NCBI GenBank assembly: GCA_963716615.1
Contig: CAVQTQ010000005.1
Span: 228,822-292,821 of the forward strand
Source: an uncultured Acidobacteriaceae bacterium
Lineage (GTDB): Bacteria > Acidobacteriota > Terriglobia > Terriglobales > Acidobacteriaceae
Reading direction: 5' to 3'
Length of the DNA: 64,000 bases
The notes under the pieces are model-generated. The model was given only the letters and a program-made list of their open reading frames with translations. It made no database searches and had not been told where the DNA came from. Positions 7,830-14,180 of this stretch are shown here, piece by piece. A program made the translations under genes and the position numbers. Positions within the stretch are counted from its first letter, which is position 1, and every line of letters begins with the position of its first letter.

Positions 7830-9335
7830 CTAGGGCTGGTAACGCCAGAGGTCGTTGAGTTCTCCCCAGGTTCCGGTGGAGTCATAACCTACCCCTCCGA
7901 AGAGCCATAGGTTCCCACTGCTGTCAGTCCAAGTAACAGCGACGCCCTCACTTCCCCTTGCACCCGGAACGTTGCGGGTGGAGGCGACGCCAAGCGTGCC
8001 ATAAACGCCGCTCGCGCCTCCCGTGTTGCTCCCGCCTACCCATGTCCATTCCTTAGATGTGGTGTTGTATTCCCATAGGTCGTTGAGGTACTCATTTGTC
8101 CCATTTGCCCCGGACGGACCATCATAGTCAAAGCCACCGAAGAGCCAGAAGTTGCCACTGCTGTCAGTCCAGCTTACGGCGCTATCCCGGCCTCCGGGCG
8201 TGTTGTTGGTCGAGGCAACACCCTCGGTCCCATAGACCGGCGCTATGCCCCCCGTGTCGCTACCGTTCACCCATGTCCACTCCTTGGTCGTTGGATTGAA
8301 CTCCCAGAGGTCGTCTAGGTCATAGCCACTGCTGCCAACCGCGCCCAGGCCAGACCCGCCAAAGAGCCAGAGGTTGCCACTCCTGTCCGTCCAATTGACG
8401 GAGTAGCTTCGTGCTCCCGGTACGTTGCTCGCGGAAGCAACTCCCTGCGTACCGTAGACGCCGAATGCGTTTGCGGTGTTGCTCCCGCTCACCCACGTCC
8501 AAGTTTTTGCCGTAAGGTTAAACTCCCAGAGGTCGTTGAGGCCGCCATTCGTCCCGGTCGAATCATACCCAGAGCCACCAAAAAGCCAGAGGTTGCCGCT
8601 CTTATCTGTCCAACTTAGAGCAGCGCCGCCACTCTCACTTCCCCGCGCACCGGGTACATTGCTGGCGGACGCGACACCTTGCGTGCCGTAGACGCCGCTT
8701 GCGTTTGGTGTGTCCGCTCCGCTCATCCATGTCCATTCTTTGGTTGTTGGACTGAACTCCCAGAGGTCATTTAGGAAGCCGCCGAAGCCGCCGGTTGTAG
8801 TGTAGCCTTCACCGCCAAAGAGCCAAAAATTTCCACTGCTGTCCGTCCAACTAACGGCGCTGTCCCGTGCACCGGGAACATTGCTGGCGGACGCAGTGCC
8901 AAGCGTGCCGTAAACGCCCGTTGCGTTGATTGTGTTACTGCCGCTCATCCAGGTCCATTCTTTGGCTGTCGGACTGAATTCCCACAGGTCGTTGAGTTCT
9001 CCGAACGTCCCCGTCGAATCACCACCCCAGCCTCCGAAGAGCCATAAATTTCCACCGCCGTCGGTCCAACTCACTGAACCGCTCCGCGCTCCAGGAACAT
9101 TGCTGGCGGAGGCGACGCCTTGCGTGCCATAGACACCGATTGCATTTGCTGTGTTGCTGCCGCTCATCCACGCCCATTCCTTGGCACCGTTGGGCGGAGG
9201 AGGAGGTGTGCTGCCGCCACCAGCGCTACTTCCACCGCAGGCGGTGAGGATAAGGGCAGTCGAGAGAGCGAAGATCGTAGACAGGCTCAACAACGCGCCA
9301 GGTACTCTTTTGACAACAGGATGGAACACGGGCAT
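7830..9335 (-). CDS. Kelch-repeat (beta-propeller) lipoprotein
   Basis: Signal peptide with lipobox LILTAC. About eight repeats of roughly 50 aa follow, of the form EWTWMSGSNT.NA.GVYGTQGVASASNVPGAR...SWTD.SGNLWLFGG.G...G.LNDLWEF. Confidence 0.85.
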   Translation of the reverse strand: MPVFHPVVKRVPGALLSLSTIFALSTALILTACGGSSAGGGSTPPPPPNGAKEWAWMSGSNTANAIGVYGTQGVASASNVPGARSGSVSWTDGGGNLWLFGGWGGDSTGTFGELNDLWEFSPTAKEWTWMSGSNTINATGVYGTLGTASASNVPGARDSAVSWTDSSGNFWLFGGEGYTTTGGFGGFLNDLWEFSPTTKEWTWMSGADTPNASGVYGTQGVASASNVPGARGSESGGAALSWTDKSGNLWLFGGSGYDSTGTNGGLNDLWEFNLTAKTWTWVSGSNTANAFGVYGTQGVASASNVPGARSYSVNWTDRSGNLWLFGGSGLGAVGSSGYDLDDLWEFNPTTKEWTWVNGSDTGGIAPVYGTEGVASTNNTPGGRDSAVSWTDSSGNFWLFGGFDYDGPSGANGTNEYLNDLWEYNTTSKEWTWVGGSNTGGASGVYGTLGVASTRNVPGARGSEGVAVTWTDSSGNLWLFGGVGYDSTGTWGELNDLWRYQP

Positions 9336-9421
9336 AAGGCCATCTCCAGCGACTTCCGCACGCCAAGTCTACAACAATGTGACTCATCGGGTGTGTACGC
9401 ATCGGCTGCACAACTCCGAAG

Positions 9422-9646
9422 ATGGCAGCAATGCCGCTCGACATCCGCATTCGGTTTGGCCGCGCGATCCGCCGCATACGCGAGGAGCAGGAGATCAATC
9501 AGGAAGAGGCTGCGGAGCGATGCGGGCTGCATCGGACGTACTACAGCGGAATCGAGCGCGGGGTTCGGAATGTTTCTCTGGTGAACATCGAAAGGGTTGC
9601 AAGGGGACTAAAAACAAGTCTGCCTGACTTGTTCAGGCGGGTTTGA
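9422..9646 (+). CDS. XRE-family HTH transcriptional regulator
   Basis: FGRAIRRIREEQEINQEEAAERCGLHRTYYSGIERGVRNVSLVNIERVARGLKTSLPDLF is the canonical HTH_3 pattern. Divergent from the Kelch gene. Confidence 0.85.
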   Translation: MAAMPLDIRIRFGRAIRRIREEQEINQEEAAERCGLHRTYYSGIERGVRNVSLVNIERVARGLKTSLPDLFRRV

Positions 9647-9680
9647 AAATCAGCTACGTCCTAAAATCGGGCTTTATACT

Positions 9681-9713
9681 CAGAAGAAGAAAACCCCGGA
9701 TGCCGGTCCGGGG
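9681..9713 (-). terminator. Rho-independent terminator oriented for the minus strand
   Basis: The minus strand reads CCCCGGA-CCGGCA-TCCGGGG followed by TTTTCTTCTTCT, about 70 nt downstream of the stop of minus ORF 9783..10217. Confidence 0.55.
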
Positions 9714-9782
9714 AGACCCTGATTGGGTGTGTCGCTCACGCAAATGCTACGACGGAGAAGTGTGCGATGCAAACTGAAATTG

Positions 9783-10217
9783 TCACAACCAGCAATTCCC
9801 CCGAACCAACTCACTCTTCCAAACCAAGCCGTGTGAACCGCAAGGCACGATGGGGGTCTTTTTCAATATCTGACTCACTAACTGCTCTTCAGAAACGATT
9901 GAAGGACCAGTGGCGTATAGGGTGTGCGTCTTTCCGCAGTTTTCGTGGGCACATTGGGCTTCAATCCGCCAAAAGGGAGGGATGGTTAGATGTCGGCCCA
10001 GCGTGTCAAGTTCTAGATGGACATCTCCAGCCGAACGAACGAACACTTGCCCGTGCCGAAGGCATAGAAAGACTTCTTTCCAATTGTGGCTGGGCCGATA
10101 GTGTTGACCTTCGCGTGTTCCTAATGGGCTTTGATGCGGGAGAAAAATACAGCACGATGTCTCAGGATCGCCAGAACATTCGAGCGAAAGGCCAAACTCC
10201 CAAAGAACCGGATTCAT
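9783..10217 (-). CDS. Cys/His-rich hypothetical protein (coding strand ambiguous with + ORF 9767..10255)
   Basis: 144-aa ORF with WRIEAQCAHENCGKTHTLYATGP and PIVPCGSHG. The minus-strand terminator just downstream favours this strand. The fully overlapping + ORF has a GGAGAAG Shine-Dalgarno sequence. Confidence 0.4.
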   Translation of the reverse strand: MNPVLWEFGLSLECSGDPETSCCIFLPHQSPLGTREGQHYRPSHNWKEVFLCLRHGQVFVRSAGDVHLELDTLGRHLTIPPFWRIEAQCAHENCGKTHTLYATGPSIVSEEQLVSQILKKTPIVPCGSHGLVWKSELVRGNCWL

Positions 10218-10701
10218 GCAATCAGTTCCCCCAGGTCACAAATGCGGGGAGGTGATACCAGCGGCCAATGCGGGGTCACGCGCAACGAAGAGAAATTATA
10301 GCGTGAAAGTGCAAAGCGCACGCGGACGGCCCGCACACGGGAGGGAGACAGTGGAATCTAGATCGGAAGAGTGCTCGACTACGACTAACCTGAACAGAGT
10401 TCGCTTTGTCAAACCTCGATGCCGAAGGCAGGATGCGTTGCGCCGTTTTTTTAGCCCCCGGCCTTCTACCGAAGCTAAAGCCGCAATCGCCAAACGCTTC
10501 AAAGCCCTGCGTCGAAAAGCTCGTATGACGCAAGCAACGTTGGGCCACATCATCGACATTTGCCGCCAGTCCGTGAACGAAATCGAAAATCGCCGCGTGT
10601 ACCCGCACTACACAACAATTGACAGGTTCTCCGATCTCGAAGCGAAGCATGAGGGCGAGCGCGGCCTTTCAGCATCCCTCAGCAAACCTTTTTGGCGTTA
10701 G
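10216..10701 (+). CDS. XRE-family HTH regulator, paralog of 12345..12641 (start uncertain)
   Basis: The C-terminal 80 aa AKAAIAKRFKALRRKARMTQATLGHIIDICRQSVNEIENRRVYPHYTTIDRFSDLEAKH align with 12345..12641. The N-terminal 80 aa look non-protein-like; a TTG start near 10440 is plausible. Confidence 0.6.
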   Translation: MQSVPPGHKCGEVIPAANAGSRATKRNYSVKVQSARGRPAHGRETVESRSEECSTTTNLNRVRFVKPRCRRQDALRRFFSPRPSTEAKAAIAKRFKALRRKARMTQATLGHIIDICRQSVNEIENRRVYPHYTTIDRFSDLEAKHEGERGLSASLSKPFWR

Positions 10702-10846
10702 CATCTCTCGGGCTACAGAAAAAGCGTCTCGAATTTCAGTTGCACCAAAGGCGACATTTTTTGAAATTTTCCATCTTCGTTTTTTCTAAAATTCGTGATT
10801 CGGGAACGAAAAACCCGTCCAAGCGTCCGAGACATGGCGCACCCAC

Positions 10847-10934
10847 GGACAACTTCAGTTTGTGACGCGGTGTAGCGCTGCGCCGGAAGGCAGTTTGACG
10901 CCTTACTGCGCCGGGAACAAAGGCCGAAAAGGGT
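10847..10934. repeat. Island-internal repeat R2, copy a
   Basis: GGACAACTTCAGTTTGTGAC..GCGCCGGAAGGCAGTTTGACGCCTTACTGCGCCGGGAAC..AAAAGGGT is about 70% identical to 12700..12779. The core also recurs at 12617..12667. Confidence 0.55.
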
Positions 10935-11115
10935 CATGTGGATTCTCACCAAACTTCACTAGCTTGCCGATCTGGCTTAGCAAACTTAGTGAGCTTGTCT
11001 TACTTATCGACCTTTGAAGGGGTTTTGAGGTGAAGTCGAGGGGTGACGCGACGGTGTAGGTGCGGCCTAGCCGACTCAAAAGAAGCATAACTCAGGCGAC
11101 CACGTGGCAAGGGAA

Positions 11116-11203
11116 GTTCTGTCTGATTTCAGACTTTTCGGTGGGATGTGGGGCCTGCGGAGTGTAGCAACCCCGCAGTTGGTTGCCGAAGCCTCACCAG
11201 CGG
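11116..11203. repeat. Island-internal repeat R1, copy b (immediately 3' of ORF 11212..11517)
   Basis: See 7749..7823. Same orientation and same position relative to the stop codon of a minus-strand gene. Confidence 0.6.
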
Positions 11204-11211
11204 GTACTGAT

Positions 11212-11517
11212 CTATTTTGGCGTTCCTGCGACAAACACAATCCAATAGAGGGTTGCCGCTAGGGCGAAAACCAGACAAACTATTTTCCCGCCTTGAATGA
11301 TTCTCAATGCCACTTTCGTTTTGGCGAGGTCTTGAACAGGCAGGACGGCTGAGACGGCGGTAAGAGACAGGGCAATTTTTAGCGAACACGCTCCCTCGTT
11401 CATTCTGCTGTAAATGAAGCTGAGAGCTACAAGGAGGTAGTACGCCTTAGTGTTTAGGTCCTTGAGGCGGCATCGAATCTCTTTAATCTCTTCTGATACC
11501 TCTATCGTCTCTTCCAT
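11212..11517 (-). CDS. Small hypothetical membrane protein (about 3 TM helices)
   Basis: 101-aa ORF with an acidic N-terminus (MEETIEVSEEIKEIR) followed by hydrophobic segments YYLLVALSFIY, LKIALSLTAVSAVL and IVCLVFALAATLYWIVFVA. Confidence 0.55.
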   Translation of the reverse strand: MEETIEVSEEIKEIRCRLKDLNTKAYYLLVALSFIYSRMNEGACSLKIALSLTAVSAVLPVQDLAKTKVALRIIQGGKIVCLVFALAATLYWIVFVAGTPK

Positions 11518-11520
11518 GTG

Positions 11521-12132
11521 CCTTACTCCGCTTGCAGCAGGTCTCGCATCGTCCAGATCGTATTCGTTAGACCGCTCGCCATGGCGGGCGTCATCCTGAT
11601 CGCCGTGTTGACTCTCACAAAGTTATACCACGCAACCCAAAGGGTAGACGACCGCCCAAAACATCGCCCATCCGAAGGCCAGCACCAAGAACAAGCGATT
11701 GAAACCGCGCCTTGTGTTCGTGCTCAGGGACACGTGCCCTTCTCGAGCAGCGCGACTCTCGCAAATACATCATTGCCGATGCCAGCAGAGAGTGCGCCCA
11801 ACTCAGGTGCGTATTTCTCAAGGCCGGACAGAGTTAGACCGTTAACGTCCTCCATCCACACAATAGAGTTTCCCGCGTCAAAGAGGCCTTCGAGGAAACG
11901 GGAGAGGGCCAGTTCCCCAGATACAGTGCGCTTGACTCGACAGACCAAGTTGGCGCTGCAGAAGCAGGGCGGGTACGCCACGCTTGTCGGTGGTCATCAG
12001 ATACGCCGCCCAGAATACTGTCAGACGCGTTGGGGATGGACGCGCCGCAATGCCGATAAGTATGTGGAAGCGGCGGAATATGTCGAGGCCCAAAGTGAGA
12101 ACTATAGTTCTCAGATTTTTACGAGGAATCAA
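11521..12132 (-). pseudogene. Degenerate transposase remnants split over three frames
   Basis: Fragments found by hand translation. RLTVFWAAYLMTTDKRGVPALLLQRQLGL resembles the N-terminal helix region of IS1595/ISXO2-like transposases. WVAWYNFVRVNTAIRMTPAMASGLTNTIWTMRDLLQAE* resembles the conserved C-terminal tail of DDE transposases. Stops and frame changes lie between the fragments. Confidence 0.4.
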
Positions 12133-12344
12133 GCGCTTACATCACGGTCAATCTCAGGGATAATCTCGCACTCGCCGTGTTTGAACCTCTCGCAAATTTC
12201 GGCTATGACCTCAAAGTGCGTGTGTGCCCGGCCCAGTTTGAGCTTGGCGCTATCGAACGGATGGACCATGCCACATCATAGTCAGAACTGTAGACTTCAG
12301 GGGATAAGTACCATCTGCATAGTTCAAAACGCAAAGGGACGGAG

Positions 12345-12641
12345 ATGATCGACTTCGCAACGGAAGGCAAGGCCAAAGTCGCGAAACGTTTCAAAGCGCT
12401 GCGTCGAAAGGCCGGTATCACGCAAAAGCAATTGGGCGACATAATCGGCGTCTCGCGTTCCTGCATCAACGAAATCGAAAACCGCCGCACCACGCCGCAC
12501 CTCTTCACAACCTGGCAGAGATTCACTGAACTGGAAGATAGGCACCGGCAGGCCCGAAAGGCCGTCCACGCTCCTCAGACATGGGGGATAGTCGGACAAC
12601 TTGTGACCGCCGCGTTGCGCTCGCGCCGGAAAGCAATTTGA
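12345..12641 (+). CDS. XRE-family HTH regulator, paralog of 10216..10701
   Basis: KAKVAKRFKALRRKAGITQKQLGDIIGVSRSCINEIENRRTTPHLFTTWQRFTELEDRH. Confidence 0.75.
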   Translation: MIDFATEGKAKVAKRFKALRRKAGITQKQLGDIIGVSRSCINEIENRRTTPHLFTTWQRFTELEDRHRQARKAVHAPQTWGIVGQLVTAALRSRRKAI

Positions 12642-12667
12642 TGGTGTACCAGCGCCCTAAAAGGGGC
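12617..12667. repeat. Island-internal repeat R2, partial copy b
   Basis: GCGCTCGCGCCGGAAAGCAATTTGATGGTGTACCAGCGCCCTAAAAGGGGC matches the core of R2 and overlaps the 3' end of the XRE gene. Confidence 0.5.
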
Positions 12668-12699
12668 CGTCCACCCGTCGGGGACATTGGGGTAGCCTC

Positions 12700-12779
12700 G
12701 GACAACGTCAGATTCTGACTGTCGTGCCGGAAAGCAGTTTGACGCGCGTACCGCGCCGGAACCGGGCTGCAAAAGGGGT
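12700..12779. repeat. Island-internal repeat R2, copy c
   Basis: GGACAACGTCAGATTCTGAC..GTGCCGGAAAGCAGTTTGACGCGCGTACCGCGCCGGAACC..AAAAGGGGT. Confidence 0.55.
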
Positions 12780-12812
12780 TCCCTCTCCCGGCGTTGTGGT
12801 ACAAATCGTGCC

Positions 12813-12971
12813 ATGAGCAAGGTGCTGGTTGCAGCTTGGCATTGCGAGAAGTGCGAATATGAGTTTCTGTCGGATGCACCCCCGATGCGATGCCCGCGAT
12901 GTAAGGCACGAACGTGGAATGCGAGTGAACGAGTACGGCGCGAGCGGTACGTTGACGATGAGGACTGGTGA
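12813..12971 (+). CDS. Small zinc-ribbon protein (52 aa; not in ORF track)
   Basis: Hand translation gives MSKVLVAAWHCEKCEYEFLSDAPPMRCPRCKARTWNASERVRRERYVDDEDW*, with a CxxC-x15-CxxC arrangement. No obvious Shine-Dalgarno sequence. Confidence 0.4.
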   Translation: MSKVLVAAWHCEKCEYEFLSDAPPMRCPRCKARTWNASERVRRERYVDDEDW

Positions 12972-13085
12972 CATCGTGCCCCAAGACGGCCCGTAGAGGG
13001 CATTCCCTGACGCCTAGGACGCTGTTTGGCGCGTCGGACGTGCTCAGGTATCCCCTGTGCCCCTGCATTATTGCAAGAGCCGCTG

Positions 13086-13111
13086 TTGTGTCGTGCTTTG
13101 TGTCGTAACCC
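13086..13111. repeat. Tandem TTGTGTCGT boxes (candidate arm-type sites), attR side
   Basis: TTGTGTCGTGCTTTGTGTCGTAACCC; compare 4503..4529. Confidence 0.5.
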
Positions 13112-13260
13112 TCGCATCCCTGCCCGTCTCGCGTGAGTTTGCTCCGTGTCGCTCGGGTACAGGTGAGGGGCAGGGAACAGCGGGTAAACCCGCATGAACA
13201 CTGCCACTCGGTATCACTCGAATTTTGTCCGTGTCGCTTCGCTACAGTCGCAGATGAGAA

Positions 13261-13305
13261 ATGGCATGGAAGAGGTCGTCGGTTCGATCCCGACCAGGTC
13301 CACCA
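13261..13305 (+). repeat. attR: duplicated 3' 45 nt of tRNA-Ala (no 5' half present)
   Basis: Identical to 4413..4457. The upstream sequence (GTCGCAGATGAGAA) cannot form the acceptor, D or anticodon-stem 5' strands. Confidence 0.88.
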
Positions 13306-13348
13306 AATCTCCCTGTTGAAGCCGCACGGTGAAGACCCGCCTTAGCTA

Positions 13349-13780
13349 TCACATCAGCGTGGCATCGAATCCGCTGAGTAGCGCTGCTTCCCCCAATCTT
13401 TGGTCTGTCGTAAGAAAAATACGCCCTTGCGGAGCGCCTTCGCACCACTCCAATGCTGCCGCTAACTGAAACGAGTCAGCGGCGCGCAAGTCGTAGCGAT
13501 CCACAAGTTGGATTGACTTTGCGCGCAAGGCGTCCGATGGCTGAATCACCGACCACGCATCGGCAAGCCTTTTGGCAAGTTTTCGAGCCTTGGTCCATTC
13601 GCTGGAGTCAAGTTGTTTCATGCGCAGCAGTCGGGCAAGGGCGCTTGCAATCTCGACCGGCGTAGCCCACCAGACCGCAGCGTCATGGATTTTATAAAGG
13701 GCGACAGCCTGAGGCGTGATGCCTTGCCGCACGCAGAGAGGAACCAGCGCACTGGCATCCCAGAAAGCCAGAGTCCGCAT
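13349..13780 (-). CDS. vapC: PIN-domain toxin VapC
   Basis: MRTLAFWDASALVPL... with acidic PIN residues (D at the N-terminus, RAADSFQLAAAL, LTTDQRL). The ATG overlaps the antitoxin stop (TAATG at 13778-13782). Confidence 0.85.
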   Translation of the reverse strand: MRTLAFWDASALVPLCVRQGITPQAVALYKIHDAAVWWATPVEIASALARLLRMKQLDSSEWTKARKLAKRLADAWSVIQPSDALRAKSIQLVDRYDLRAADSFQLAAALEWCEGAPQGRIFLTTDQRLGEAALLSGFDATLM

Positions 13781-14067
13781 TAGCGCCTTTCCCGTTCTTC
13801 CCGCCATACCTGTGCTATGGCCTTATCCGAGACATTTCCGGGCGGCTTCGGCCATGAGGCAGAAGGCGATCGTCTCTTCAAGGGTGGTGTGAGGACACCA
13901 CGAGCAATCAGGCGCCGCTCCTGCTCCGAGCGATCCTCTAGATGGCAAGGAACGATTCTTGCCACCGGCTCACTGCGATCGCAGACTAGTACTTCCTCGC
14001 CATCCCGCACGAGTTGGATATGAGCGCTGAGCCGCGCCTTCAGGTCGCTGATGTTTACCGTCTTCAC
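13780..14067 (-). CDS. Phd/YefM-type antitoxin
   Basis: From GTG at 14067: (M)KTVNISDLKARLSAHIQLVRDGEEVLVCDRSEPVARIVP. The ORF-track ATG at 14115 lies upstream of the TATAAT and operator, so the shorter form is preferred. Confidence 0.78.
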   Translation of the reverse strand: MKTVNISDLKARLSAHIQLVRDGEEVLVCDRSEPVARIVPCHLEDRSEQERRLIARGVLTPPLKRRSPSASWPKPPGNVSDKAIAQVWREERERR

Positions 14068-14073
14068 TATGCA

Positions 14074-14102
14074 ATTATAACGAATATGACCATGTTGGTC
14101 AT
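14074..14102 (-). promoter_or_regulatory. Candidate vapBC promoter -10 (TATAAT) plus palindromic operator
   Basis: Minus-strand TATAAT at 14074-14079 is only 6 nt upstream of the GTG start. The inverted repeat ATGACCA-n3-TGGTCAT at 14086-14102 sits over the -35 position. Confidence 0.45.
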
Positions 14103-14180
14103 GTTGTTTTATCACGGGCGATTTCGATGGGTCGTGACGGCATGTATGCTATTTGTTTGAAATGCTAGCCTGAAGGCGCG

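Larger units (their letters stand above)
4458..13305. mobile_element. Integrative genomic island (about 8.85 kb) inserted at the 3' end of tRNA-Ala
   Basis: Bounded by the 45-bp perfect direct repeat. A tyrosine integrase abuts the tRNA. The interior holds Xis/AlpA-like genes, a primase-type zinc-finger protein, XRE regulators, transposase remnants and a more AT-rich stretch. Confidence 0.8.

Noticed and set aside
7749-11203. Integron attC sites as an explanation for repeat R1
   Set aside because: There are no RYYYAAC / GTTRRRY boundary motifs, no integron-type integrase and no attI. The only recombinase here is a tRNA-site tyrosine integrase.
11518-12348. 276-aa + strand ORF in the island
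   Set aside because: The sequence is S/R/T-rich and not protein-like. The opposite strand carries recognisable though broken transposase-like peptides in three frames. The ORF would also run head-on into the XRE gene start.
12523-13207. Two overlapping minus-strand ORFs (181 aa and 210 aa) near attR
   Set aside because: Both are Arg/Ser/His-rich, mutually overlapping in different frames and antisense to the XRE gene and the zinc-ribbon ORF. Neither has a motif or a Shine-Dalgarno sequence.
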